Origin: an uncultured Acidobacteriota bacterium
Lineage (GTDB): Bacteria; Acidobacteriota; Thermoanaerobaculia; Gp7-AA8
Assembly (NCBI GenBank): GCA_963822445.1
Contig: CAWGHO010000001.1
Location: 896,001-960,000 of the forward strand
Length of the DNA stretch: 64,000 nucleotides
Reading direction: 5' to 3'
Shown: piece after piece, positions 30,886 to 41,170 of the stretch
Numbering within the stretch: the first letter of the stretch is position 1
Layout of the letters: each line of letters begins with the position of its first letter
Notes under the pieces: model-generated
The model's database searches: none
The model's input: the letters and a program-made list of their open reading frames with translations, nothing else
Told to the model about the DNA's origin: nothing
Translations under genes and position numbers: made by a program

Positions 30886-31500
30886 ATGAAACGACTCGCT
30901 GCCGTCCTCCTCGCCGCTTCGCTCCTCGCACTCTCGCTTTCGGCCGCGGACAAGTCGCGCAAGGTGCTACTGAACGGCAAGGTCTTCACCGAGATCCACT
31001 ACGTCGACGGCATTCTGGTCGTGCCGATGAACCAGCTCTCCAAAGCGGCCGGCGGCACGTTCCGCATGCACCACGGCGAGATCCTGGCGACCCTCACGCC
31101 ACCGGCGGACGCCGTCATCGGCGAAAAAATCATCGGCGAAAAAGGCAGCAAGCCGGCTCAGGGAACGGAAGAGATCATCGGTGAAGAAGGAAGTCAGGCC
31201 GGATCCGCGGCGCGGAAAGCGCTCAAGCCCGCGCCGAAAGGCGCCGGCACCGTCGAACAGGTCCGCGTGATCTCCGCACAACACATCGAGCTCATCACCC
31301 CGGTCGTGAAAATCCGCCGCGAAGGCGCGCTGTCGTCGAAAATGATGATGCGCGACGACACGATTTACGTGCCCCTCACCGACGTCATGAAGGCGCTCGG
31401 CGCGACGTACGAAGTCCCGCCGTCGAAGCTCGCCCCGACCGCCGACGTGCGCATCATCGTGAAAGCCCCCTGCGAGAAGTGCATTCTCGGCATCCGGTGA
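30886..31500 (+). CDS. Secreted protein with two stalk / copper-amine-oxidase N-terminal-like motifs
   Basis: Signal peptide; 'DGILVVPMNQLSKAAG' and 'DDTIYVPLTDVMKALGA'; internal (V/I)IGE(K/E) repeats. Confidence 0.6.
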   Translation: MKRLAAVLLAASLLALSLSAADKSRKVLLNGKVFTEIHYVDGILVVPMNQLSKAAGGTFRMHHGEILATLTPPADAVIGEKIIGEKGSKPAQGTEEIIGEEGSQAGSAARKALKPAPKGAGTVEQVRVISAQHIELITPVVKIRREGALSSKMMMRDDTIYVPLTDVMKALGATYEVPPSKLAPTADVRIIVKAPCEKCILGIR

Positions 31501-31519
31501 TGTCGTACCATCCCCGGCC

Positions 31520-32857
31520 ATGGCTGAGTCCGGACGGCGCATCGCTCTTCACACGAAAATCCTGATCGGTCTCATCCTCGGCGCGCTCGCCGGTGGAACG
31601 CTCAACAGCATTTTCGGCGCCGCGTCGCCGCAGCTCATCTTCGTCACCGACAACATCACCAACCCCGTCGGCCAGCTCTTCCTGCGGCTGCTCCTGCTGC
31701 TCGTCGTGCCGCTGGTCTTCTCCAGCCTCGTGATCGGCGTGGCCGGACTCGGCGATCTTCGCCGCATCGGCCGCATCGGTGTGAAGTCGCTCGTCTACAC
31801 GATCATCATCTCCGCGATCAGCGTCGTCATCGGACTGGTGCTGGCGAACACGATCAAGCCCGGCAAGCGCGTCGATCCCGCGGTCAGCGCAAGCCTCGCC
31901 GCGCAGTACAGCCAGGACGCGACGAAGCGGGTGGAGAGTGCCGTCGGCGGTGCGCAGTCGGACGACGCGCCGCTGCTCAAAGTCGTGAAGACGATCGTGC
32001 CGACGAACGTCTTCTACTCGGTCGGCCGCGAGACCCCGGACATGCTCGGGCTGATGTTCTTCGCGCTCTTTTTCGGCATCTGCCTGACCATGGTTCCGCG
32101 CGAGACCGGGGCGCCGCTGATCTCCGTGCTCGAAGCGGTGTTCGCCGCGGTCGAAGCCGCGATCCAGATCGTGATGCGGCTCGGTCCCTACGCGGTCTTC
32201 TGCCTGCTCTTCACGATGACCGCGCGATTCGGCTTCGGCCTGCTGGCGAGCCTGGGCTGGTTCGTTTTGACAGTTCTTCTCGGCCTGGCCATCCACATGT
32301 TCGGCGTCTACTCGGCGTCGGTCTGGTTCCTCTCGCGCATCAATCCGCTGGTCTTTTTCAAGCGCATCAAGACGGCGATGATCACCGCCTTCTCGACTTC
32401 GTCCTCGAACGCAACTCTGCCGACAGCCCTGCGGGTGTCCGAGGAAAACCTGGGCGTGCCTCGGGACATCAATTCGTTCGTGCTCACGGTCGGCGCGACC
32501 GCAAATCAGAACGGCACCGCGCTTTATGAAGGGGTGACCGTGCTGTTCCTCGCGCAGCTTGCCGGCGTCGATCTGTCGATGGGCCAGCAGCTGATGGTCG
32601 TCTACCTGGCCATCCTCGGCGGCGTCGGCACGGCCGGCGTTCCGTCGGGCTCGATCCCCTTCATCATCGTCGTCCTCGCGCAGATCGGTGTGAATCCCGC
32701 GCTGATCGCGATCATCCTCGGCGTGGATCGCATCCTCGACATGTGCCGCACGACGCTGAACGTGGTCGGTGACCTGACCATCGCCACGTACGTCGCGCGC
32801 TCGGAGGGATACGAATTGCTGAAGGAAACGCCCGAGCCGGCGGCCGTCGATCTGTGA
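31520..32857 (+). CDS. Dicarboxylate/amino acid:cation symporter (DAACS, GltP-like)
   Basis: 'AFSTSSSNATLP', 'GATANQNGTALYE', 'GTAGVP', 'DRILDMCRT..NVVGD'. Confidence 0.95.
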   Translation: MAESGRRIALHTKILIGLILGALAGGTLNSIFGAASPQLIFVTDNITNPVGQLFLRLLLLLVVPLVFSSLVIGVAGLGDLRRIGRIGVKSLVYTIIISAISVVIGLVLANTIKPGKRVDPAVSASLAAQYSQDATKRVESAVGGAQSDDAPLLKVVKTIVPTNVFYSVGRETPDMLGLMFFALFFGICLTMVPRETGAPLISVLEAVFAAVEAAIQIVMRLGPYAVFCLLFTMTARFGFGLLASLGWFVLTVLLGLAIHMFGVYSASVWFLSRINPLVFFKRIKTAMITAFSTSSSNATLPTALRVSEENLGVPRDINSFVLTVGATANQNGTALYEGVTVLFLAQLAGVDLSMGQQLMVVYLAILGGVGTAGVPSGSIPFIIVVLAQIGVNPALIAIILGVDRILDMCRTTLNVVGDLTIATYVARSEGYELLKETPEPAAVDL

Positions 32858-33537
32858 AACGGCCGCCGCGGGCAGTGGCGGCAGGTCTCGCCGGCCAGCT
32901 CTTCCGCGCCGTTCCCTACCGCTACCGTTTCGCGACGGCGCTCGCCGTCAGCCGCTTCCTGCCGTTCGTGCGGCGGTTTCGCACGCCGTTCGAAAAGGAA
33001 GCCGACACGCGGGCGCGCGTGGTCATGCGCACGCTGACGTACGCGAACGTCCGGTTCCCGAACCCGATCGAAGTGCGCGGCCTCGAACAGCTGCAGGGAC
33101 CGGCGGTGATCATCAGCGTGCATCTCTTTTTGAACGCTCTGTTTCTTCGAGCGGTCGTCGAGGCCGGCCACAGACTGGCGATCGTTCGCGCGGTGCCCGC
33201 CGACCCGCCCTACCTCGCCGGTTCGGCGATTCCGCTCGATAACGATCTTCTGATCTCGCCGACGATCCTCGTCCGCCTTCGCGGCAGCCTCGCGAACGGA
33301 GAGGTCGTCTTCATCAACGTGGACGACGAGAAGCCGACGCGCTGGCAAATGCACGGGCTCAGCCTTTCCTCTGCCGCGGCGAGCTTCGCGCGCCGCCTCG
33401 GAGTGCCATTGTTCTTCGCCGCCACGCGCATGGCGAACGGGCACGTCGTCGCCGAGCTGCGACGCGCGAACGGAAAGACGGTCGATGAGGTGATGGAAGA
33501 ATTGAAGGACTTCCTGACGGTTGCCGATCGGACCTGA
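32854..33537 (+). CDS. Putative LPLAT / lipid acyltransferase-like protein
   Basis: 'EVRGLEQL..PAVIISVH', 'L..GEVVFINVD', 'FARRLGVPLFF' pattern of LpxL-like acyltransferases; degenerate. Confidence 0.5.
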   Translation: MKRPPRAVAAGLAGQLFRAVPYRYRFATALAVSRFLPFVRRFRTPFEKEADTRARVVMRTLTYANVRFPNPIEVRGLEQLQGPAVIISVHLFLNALFLRAVVEAGHRLAIVRAVPADPPYLAGSAIPLDNDLLISPTILVRLRGSLANGEVVFINVDDEKPTRWQMHGLSLSSAAASFARRLGVPLFFAATRMANGHVVAELRRANGKTVDEVMEELKDFLTVADRT

Positions 33538-33560
33538 CGGCCTGACAATGCAGCCATCCC

Positions 33561-34418
33561 ATGTCAGTTTCAGCCATGCCTTTCTCTTCAATCGGCGTAG
33601 CCCGCTCGTTCGCACCCGAGAACTCGCCATACGACTGCGTGATGGTCGATGTGACCCACCGGTGCAACATGACCTGCGCGAACTGCTATCTCCCCAACCG
33701 GGTCATTCCGGACATGGACGCGCAGTGGCTCTCCTCGATCCTGGCTCGTCTGCCGCGCGGCACCTTCATCCGCTTGACCGGCGGTGAGGCCACGCTGCGT
33801 CACGACCTGCCCGACATCATTCGCGAGGTTCGCAACCACGGCCACCATCCGGTGCTGCTGACCAACGGCCTGAAGCTCGCCGATCGCGCCTACGTGCGCG
33901 AGCTGAAGCGCGCCGGGATCCAGGTCACGTATCTTTCGTTCAGCGGCGGATTCGACGACGACCTGTACGAGAGCATCGATGAGATGCGCTGCGCGGACCG
34001 CAAGATCCGCGCGTTCGAGAACCTTCGCGTGGAGCACATGTTCACCTCGCTGGGCATGATCCTGATCCGTGACGTGAACGAGCATGAAGTGAAGAACGTG
34101 TGGAAGGCCGTGCGGCGCGCGCGGAACGTCCGCGAGCTGCACCTGCGCTCAGTCGGCGCGATGGGCCGGCACATGAACACGGTGCCGTTGACCGCCGAGG
34201 AGATGTTCGACGTGTTCTGTCGCGCCGCGGAGATTTCGCCCGACTCGATCGAGTTGCGCGAGCGCTCCGCATCGGCCGATGAGTTCTTCTTCGGCCGCGT
34301 GCACGTGCAGATGACCGAGTGGCCGGCGCTGGGCAGCAGCGTTCGCGGCCGGCTCACGCCCGAGGGGTTGATCGCGCCGTTCATGGAGCACGTGATCGCG
34401 AACGACGGCGGCTACTGA
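33561..34418 (+). CDS. Radical SAM enzyme without a SPASM/Twitch domain
   Basis: 'CNMTCANCY' CxxxCxxC, 'LTGGEAT', 'TNGLKL'. Confidence 0.9.
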   Translation: MSVSAMPFSSIGVARSFAPENSPYDCVMVDVTHRCNMTCANCYLPNRVIPDMDAQWLSSILARLPRGTFIRLTGGEATLRHDLPDIIREVRNHGHHPVLLTNGLKLADRAYVRELKRAGIQVTYLSFSGGFDDDLYESIDEMRCADRKIRAFENLRVEHMFTSLGMILIRDVNEHEVKNVWKAVRRARNVRELHLRSVGAMGRHMNTVPLTAEEMFDVFCRAAEISPDSIELRERSASADEFFFGRVHVQMTEWPALGSSVRGRLTPEGLIAPFMEHVIANDGGY

Positions 34419-35122
34419 TGACGTTTGCGGAGCAGCTCTTCGCGGCCGCGCAGCCGCTTCCGATCGAGACGAATCCCTTCGTCGTTCAGGTGATGCGTGG
34501 CGAGGCGTCGCGCGAAGCGATCCGCTCCTTCGCACTGCACCTCGCCTCGGCGACCGAGTCATTCACGCGCGCTCTGTACGCGGTGCTCAGTGTCTGTACC
34601 GATCTGCGGGCGCGGCAATCCTTCATCGGCAACGTTCTGGAGGAGGAAGGCGCGACCGGATTCGCGCCCGGCGTTGGAGCCACGTTCGACGAACGGCGCC
34701 GCCATCCGGCCATGGCCCGGCGTTTCACTCGCGCGGCGGGCGCGGACGACCACGAGATCGACGCGTTCCGGGTCGCGCCGCCGAACTGGTTCGACCGGCA
34801 GATTCGCGCGGGCAACTGGATCGGACCCTTCGCCTACATCGCCGTCGGCACCGAAGCGAATGTGCCGCCGACGTACCGCCTCCTGATCCCGGCGCTCGAG
34901 AAGCACTACGGCTTCAGCGAGAGCGACCTCGAATTTCTCATCGAGCACCTCGGCGCCGACGATCGCCACGCCCTCGAGGGCGCCATGCTCATCGAATCAA
35001 TCGCCGATACCGACGCCGCCCGGAACCAGGCACTCGAAGGCGCCCGCCGCGGCGGACGAGGCTGGTGGAAGATCCTGGAGCGCCATCAATCGAGCCTGAA
35101 ACCGACCTTCATCTTCACCTGA
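34418..35122 (+). CDS. Heme-oxygenase-like diiron oxidase (CADD/PqqC/TenA fold)
   Basis: TGATG coupling to the rSAM gene; 'NVLEEEG...RHP', 'GTEAN', 'EHLGADDRH' diiron ligand pattern. Confidence 0.78.
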   Translation: MTFAEQLFAAAQPLPIETNPFVVQVMRGEASREAIRSFALHLASATESFTRALYAVLSVCTDLRARQSFIGNVLEEEGATGFAPGVGATFDERRRHPAMARRFTRAAGADDHEIDAFRVAPPNWFDRQIRAGNWIGPFAYIAVGTEANVPPTYRLLIPALEKHYGFSESDLEFLIEHLGADDRHALEGAMLIESIADTDAARNQALEGARRGGRGWWKILERHQSSLKPTFIFT

Positions 35123-35295
35123 TACTGGGAAACCTTCCCGTCGGTGACCTTTCCGCGCATCTCCGTGACCTCGAACCAATCCACGTGCCGGAGCGTCTCC
35201 GACGCCCGCTCCACGCCCGCGGAAACGGCCTTCGCGAATGATTCCGCCGAGGTCCCGACGATCTCCACCATCTTGTAGATCTTGTTGTCAGACAT
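35086..35295 (-). CDS. Dodecin flavin-binding protein
   Basis: 'YKMVEIVGTS', 'A..TLR..DWFEV...RG', 'YQVKMKVGFRL'. Confidence 0.93.
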   Translation of the reverse strand: MSDNKIYKMVEIVGTSAESFAKAVSAGVERASETLRHVDWFEVTEMRGKVTDGKVSQYQVKMKVGFRLD

Positions 35296-35367
35296 GAACT
35301 TCCATCCTCCCGAAGCGCGAATCTTAGTGCGGTCAAGCTAGAATTGGCCGTTACGGGTGAGACGGGA

Positions 35368-36393
35368 ATGAAGGCGGCAACCATCGAACGAGTCAAACGC
35401 CGCGTGCTGCAACAGGCGGTGGCGGAGAACGTCGACGTGATTCGCGGCCTGCCCCCGCGCGCCCTCCGTCCAGCAAACCGGCTGTTCCGGGTCTGGGTAA
35501 AACGCGCGCCGTTCGTACTCGTTCCCCTGTTGCTGGCGGGCTCGACCTACCTCGCACGCCAGGATGTGACACAGCCCGCGCACGTAGAGCAGACACTCCT
35601 GTCTGCTGCTTCTGCTGTTCCAAAGGCCGAGCAGACAGGAGTGTCTGCTCTACGGAATGCGCCGCTCGAGCGCGTCACCGCGGCGGCGTTCCCCCTCGCC
35701 GTGCGGCGGGTCGTCCTCGACGCCGGTCACGGCGGATCCGACCCCGGCGCGATCGCCGACAAGGTCATCGAGAAAGACGTCACCCTCGACATCGGCCGCC
35801 GCCTTCGCACGCTTCTCGAAAAAGAAGGCTTCGAAGTCGTCTTCACGCGCTCGGATGATCGGACGATTGCTCTTCGCGATCGCGCCGTCGCCGCGAACGC
35901 CTCGAAGAGCGACATCTTCGTTTCCATCCACGTCAACACGATCCTCAAACACACCGCCAGCCGCGGCGTGGAGACGTACTACCTCGGCCCGACGAACGAC
36001 GAGCGGCTGACAAAGATCGCCGCGGCGGAGAATCGCGTGTCGGGTTACTCGATCGCCGACATGCGCAAGCTCCTCGACGGCGTGTACGCCGACGCGCGGC
36101 GCGATGAGTCGCAGGAGTTGGCCAATGCGGTTCAGCGCCAGCTTTTCGCGACGTTGAAGGCGAACGACCCGGGTATCGAGAACTGGGGCGTGAAGCGCGC
36201 GCCGTTCATCGTGCTCGTGGCCACCGACATGCCGGCCATCCTCGCGGAGGTCGGCTGTATTTCGAACGACAAAGAAGCAGCGATGCTTGGGCGTCCGGAG
36301 CACCGTCAGAAGATCGCCACCGCGCTCTTCGAAGGCATTCGCGCGTATGCGACCGCCAACGACGCACCGCCCAGGCAGGAGAAAGGAACTTGA
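35368..36393 (+). CDS. Membrane-anchored N-acetylmuramoyl-L-alanine amidase (Amidase_3)
   Basis: 'LDAGHGG.DPGA', 'EKDVTL', 'FVSIHVN', 'PAILAEVG'; basic N-terminus followed by one hydrophobic segment. Confidence 0.92.
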   Translation: MKAATIERVKRRVLQQAVAENVDVIRGLPPRALRPANRLFRVWVKRAPFVLVPLLLAGSTYLARQDVTQPAHVEQTLLSAASAVPKAEQTGVSALRNAPLERVTAAAFPLAVRRVVLDAGHGGSDPGAIADKVIEKDVTLDIGRRLRTLLEKEGFEVVFTRSDDRTIALRDRAVAANASKSDIFVSIHVNTILKHTASRGVETYYLGPTNDERLTKIAAAENRVSGYSIADMRKLLDGVYADARRDESQELANAVQRQLFATLKANDPGIENWGVKRAPFIVLVATDMPAILAEVGCISNDKEAAMLGRPEHRQKIATALFEGIRAYATANDAPPRQEKGT

Positions 36394-36396
36394 TGC

Positions 36397-37416
36397 ATGG
36401 CTGAGCTTCTCCTCGTGGGAATCGACCTCGGCACATCGCGGAGCGCAATCTCCGCATCCAACGGCGAGCGGTTCGTCGTCGACAGTTTCGTCGGCTGGCC
36501 GCTGGACATGGTCGCGAAGAAAGTCCTCAAGCGCGACGTCCTCATCGGCCATGAGGCGGTTGCCAACCGCACCATGCTCGACCTCCACCGTCCTCTCGAG
36601 CGCGGCCTGCTCAAGGAAGGCTCGGAGAAAGACGTCGAGGCGGTGCGCGAGCTGCTCAAGTACCTGCTCAAGCTCGTCGGCGTGAACGGCAAGATCAAAG
36701 CTTCGAGCGTACGGGCGGTGGTTGGCGTTCCGGCCGCGGCGCTGCGCACGAACAAGCAGTACCTGCGCAATTCGATGAAGGGCATCGTCGACAGCCTGCT
36801 CATCGTCTCCGAGCCGTTCGCTGTTGCGTATGGGCTCGACGCGCTGCTGCACACGATGATCATCGACATCGGCGCGGGCACGACGGACTTCTGCGTGATG
36901 AAGGGCCGGTATCCGACCGAAGAGGATCAACGGACGTTGACCGTTGCCGGCGATTCCATCGACACGCAGCTTCTGAAGCTGATCGAAGAGCGCTACCCGC
37001 AGGCCAACGTGACCGTGTTCATGGTCCGCGAGTGGAAGGAAAAGTACAGCTTCGTCGGCGACCGCGAGGAGCGGTGCATCGTCACCGCGCCGGTGAAAGG
37101 CGTCCCGACGGAGCTCGACATCACCGCGGAAATGCGCACGGCGTGCGAAACGCTGCTGGCGCCGGTGACCGAGACGATGCTCGACCTGCTCGCGCGCGTC
37201 GAGCCGGAGTTCCAGGAGCGCGTTCGCCAGAACATCATCCTGTCCGGAGGCGGCGGCCTGATTCGCGGCCTGCCCCAGGCACTCGAGGCCGCGCTGAAGT
37301 CCGTCGGCGGAGGCAGCGTCCGCTACATGGACGATCCGGTGTTCGTCGGATCGGACGGCGGACTGGCGCTGGCCACTGATGCTCCGGAAGGGGACTGGGA
37401 AAAATTGACAGCGTGA
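36397..37416 (+). CDS. Bacterial actin, MamK-like
   Basis: 'GIDLGTS', 'VVGVPA', 'VSEPFAVAYGLD', 'IDIGAGTTD.C..KG..P..EDQ.TL..AG', 'KEKYSFVG', 'SGGGGLIRGL'. Confidence 0.85.
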   Translation: MAELLLVGIDLGTSRSAISASNGERFVVDSFVGWPLDMVAKKVLKRDVLIGHEAVANRTMLDLHRPLERGLLKEGSEKDVEAVRELLKYLLKLVGVNGKIKASSVRAVVGVPAAALRTNKQYLRNSMKGIVDSLLIVSEPFAVAYGLDALLHTMIIDIGAGTTDFCVMKGRYPTEEDQRTLTVAGDSIDTQLLKLIEERYPQANVTVFMVREWKEKYSFVGDREERCIVTAPVKGVPTELDITAEMRTACETLLAPVTETMLDLLARVEPEFQERVRQNIILSGGGGLIRGLPQALEAALKSVGGGSVRYMDDPVFVGSDGGLALATDAPEGDWEKLTA

Positions 37417-37420
37417 GTAC

Positions 37421-38286
<866 letters not shown>

Positions 38287-38305
38287 CAATCAAGGAGGCT
38301 CTGCG

Positions 38306-39742
38306 ATGAAGTCCTGGCTGTCCCTTCCCGTTGCCGCGCTCATTCTCCTCGCGGCATGTACGACCACCTCTCCCCCGCCGGCTGACCCGGTGACCGCCGC
38401 GCCGGTTACCGACGCGGCGCCGGCTCCCGCACCAGCGCCCGCTCCGGCACCTGCACCGATCGCGTATCAGGTCCCCGTCGAGTATCACAAGCTCGACAAC
38501 GGCCTGAAGGTCGTGTTGTCGCAGGATCGCACCGCACCGACGGTCGCCGTCGGCGTCTACTACAACATCGGTTTTCGCGTGGAGCCTCGCGACCGCACCG
38601 GCTTCGCCCACCTGTTCGAGCATCTGATGTTCCAAGGCTCGGACAACCTCGGCAAGATGGAGTTCATCAAGCTCATTCAGTCGAACGGCGGCGTCCTGAA
38701 CGGCTCCACGCGCTTCGACTTCACGAATTACTTCGAGATCGTCCCCGCGCACACGCTGCAGACCATCCTCTGGGCGGAAGCGGATCGCATGCGCAGCCTG
38801 GCGATCAACCAGGACAACCTGAAGAACCAGCAGGAAGTCGTGAAGAACGAGGTCCGCGTCAACGTCCTCAATCAGCCGTACGGCGGATTCCCCTGGCTGG
38901 ACATGCCTCAGTACGCGAACGCGAACTGGTACAACGCCCACAATTTCTACGGCGATCTGACCGACCTCGATGCGGCGACGCTCGAAGACGCGAGCAGCTT
39001 CTTCAAGACCTACTACGCGCCGAACAACGCCTCGATTGCGATCACCGGCGACTTCGATCCGGCGCAGGCACTCGCCTGGGTGAAGCAGTATTTCGGACCG
39101 ATTGCAGCGCAGCCGCAGCCCGCGAAGGTGGACATCAGCGAGCCCCGTCAGACCGCCGAGAAGCGCGCCACGAAGACAGACGACAAGGCCACACGTCCCG
39201 CGCTGGGCCTGGCCTGGCATGCGCCGGAACAGAACACTCCCGAGTACTACGCGATGGGTCTCATCGACCAGATCCTCGCCTCGGGCAAGGACAGCTGGCT
39301 GTATCAGGACGTGGTGCAGAAGCGCGGTCTCACCGGTGAGATCGGCTCGTCGATCAACCTCCTCGGCAACATGTTCAACATCGACGGCCCGACGCTCTAC
39401 ATGGCCTGGCTGTTCCACGACAAAGACAAGCCGGCCGACGACATCATCAAGGCCTTCGACGAGAACATCGTCCGCCTGCAGACGACCCAGGTCGACGCGG
39501 AGACGCTGAATCGCGCTCGCGTGAAGATGCGCTCCGCGCTGTACGGCGACATCGAAGGATTTTTTGGGTTCGGCCGCGCGGACCTGCTGGCCTCCTTCGC
39601 ACTGTTCGACGACGATCCGCACAAGATCAATCGCATCGAGTCGGAGTTCGCGAAGGTCACTCCCGAACTGATTCAGAAGACCGCGCAAGAGTACCTGCGC
39701 CCGACGAACCGCACGGTCCTCACGATCGTGCCGAAGGGATAA
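38306..39742 (+). CDS. M16B zinc peptidase, catalytic subunit (lipoprotein)
   Basis: Lipobox 'LAAC'; (PA)n linker; 'GFAHLFEHLMF' HxxEH; 'VVKNE'. Confidence 0.93.
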   Translation: MKSWLSLPVAALILLAACTTTSPPPADPVTAAPVTDAAPAPAPAPAPAPAPIAYQVPVEYHKLDNGLKVVLSQDRTAPTVAVGVYYNIGFRVEPRDRTGFAHLFEHLMFQGSDNLGKMEFIKLIQSNGGVLNGSTRFDFTNYFEIVPAHTLQTILWAEADRMRSLAINQDNLKNQQEVVKNEVRVNVLNQPYGGFPWLDMPQYANANWYNAHNFYGDLTDLDAATLEDASSFFKTYYAPNNASIAITGDFDPAQALAWVKQYFGPIAAQPQPAKVDISEPRQTAEKRATKTDDKATRPALGLAWHAPEQNTPEYYAMGLIDQILASGKDSWLYQDVVQKRGLTGEIGSSINLLGNMFNIDGPTLYMAWLFHDKDKPADDIIKAFDENIVRLQTTQVDAETLNRARVKMRSALYGDIEGFFGFGRADLLASFALFDDDPHKINRIESEFAKVTPELIQKTAQEYLRPTNRTVLTIVPKG

Positions 39743-39745
39743 ATC

Positions 39746-41122
39746 ATGAAGAGAACGATTCTCACACTGGCTATCGCGCTCTTCGCGATCTCTGCGTTCG
39801 CGCAGAAACAAACACCGCCTGCCGCCGGAACGCCGAAGAACTTCGCGGTTCCACAGATCCGCAAAATTGATCTTCCGAACGGCCTGAAGGTGCGCTTCGT
39901 GCCGTACGGCGACATGCCCAAAGCGACCGTCCGCCTGGTGATTCAGACCGGCAACATGGATGAAGCAGAGAACGAGGTCTGGCTCGCTGATCTGACCGCC
40001 GATCTCCTCGAACAGGGCACGACGACGCGCAGCGCCGAACAGCTCGCGCGCGAGGCCGCGCTGATGGGCGGCGCGCTCGAAGTGAGCGTCAGCGCGAACC
40101 AGACGTCGATCGGCGCGGACGTGTTCTCCGAATCCGCACCCGCGGCGGTGAATCTCATCGCCGATGTCGCGAGAAATCCACGTTTCCCGGAATCGGAGCT
40201 CGCTCGCTTGAAGGCGGATCGTGTCCGCACGCTCTCCATCTCGCGCAGCACGCCGCAATCCGCCGCGCAGGAGAAGTTCTACAGCGTGATTTATCCGAAT
40301 CACCCTTATGGCCGCGTCTATCCGACCGAGGCCATGTTGCAGGGGTACACGCTCGATCAGGTGAAGGCGTTCCACGATCGCAGTTTCGGCGCGGCACGCT
40401 CGTTCGTGTACGTCGTCGGACGGTTCGATCAAAACGCCGTGGAGCGCGCGATTCGCGACGCGTTCGGCAACTGGAAGGCGGGCAGCACCGCGACGCGCGC
40501 CACCATCACGCCGGTCAGCAAGCGCGGTGTGTATTTCGTCGAGCGTCCCGGCGCCGTGCAGTCGACGCTGTACATCGGCCTCCCGGTCATCGATCCATCC
40601 AATCCCGAATTCCTGCCGCTTACAGTCATGAACTCGCTCCTCGGCGGATCGTTCGGCTCGCGCATCACCAGCAACATCCGCGAGCAGAAGGGCTACACCT
40701 ACTCGCCGCAAGGCGTACTTCAGGGGCGGCTCGGGACGGGCACCTGGATCGAGATCGCGGACGTGACGACGAACGTGACCGGCCCGTCGATCAAGGAGAT
40801 CGTCGGCGAGATCGACCGCCTCCGTAACGAAGCACCGACGGCCGCGGAACTGACCGGCATCCAGAATTACCTGGCCGGCACGTTCGTGCTCCGCAATTCC
40901 TCACGCAGCGGCATCGCCAACCAGCTCTCATTCCTCGATCTGTACGGAATGACCGAGGACTACTTGCGGACGTACGTGCAGAAGGTTTACGCGCTGACCC
41001 CGGCGGACATTCAGCGCCTGGCGCGAACGTACATCGACCCGGGCAAACTGGCGATCGTGGTGGTCGGCGACCCGGCCACGGTGCCGGATCAGATCAAGAC
41101 GTACGGGGAAATTGTGCGGTAG
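39746..41122 (+). CDS. M16B peptidase non-catalytic subunit
   Basis: Signal peptide; no HxxEH; 'LGGSFGSRI..NIREQKGYTY' R/Y motif. Confidence 0.9.
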   Translation: MKRTILTLAIALFAISAFAQKQTPPAAGTPKNFAVPQIRKIDLPNGLKVRFVPYGDMPKATVRLVIQTGNMDEAENEVWLADLTADLLEQGTTTRSAEQLAREAALMGGALEVSVSANQTSIGADVFSESAPAAVNLIADVARNPRFPESELARLKADRVRTLSISRSTPQSAAQEKFYSVIYPNHPYGRVYPTEAMLQGYTLDQVKAFHDRSFGAARSFVYVVGRFDQNAVERAIRDAFGNWKAGSTATRATITPVSKRGVYFVERPGAVQSTLYIGLPVIDPSNPEFLPLTVMNSLLGGSFGSRITSNIREQKGYTYSPQGVLQGRLGTGTWIEIADVTTNVTGPSIKEIVGEIDRLRNEAPTAAELTGIQNYLAGTFVLRNSSRSGIANQLSFLDLYGMTEDYLRTYVQKVYALTPADIQRLARTYIDPGKLAIVVVGDPATVPDQIKTYGEIVR

Positions 41123-41170
41123 CAGTTTTCATCGACGGCCTCCTGGTGTCGAAAGAACCAGGAGGCCGTC

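Noticed and set aside
33561-35122. PQQ biosynthesis (PqqE/PqqC) or a RiPP cluster
   Set aside because: The rSAM lacks SPASM cysteines, and no pqqA/B/D, RRE or precursor peptide is visible.
35086-35122. Functional link from the 37-bp convergent overlap between the HDO and dodecin genes
   Set aside because: Short tail-to-tail overlaps are common in this window (also 21427-21449 and 30257-30270) and do not imply shared function.
36397-37416. Magnetosome gene cluster / magnetotaxis
   Set aside because: No other mam, mms or feo genes are in the window; a MamK-like actin alone does not indicate magnetotaxis.
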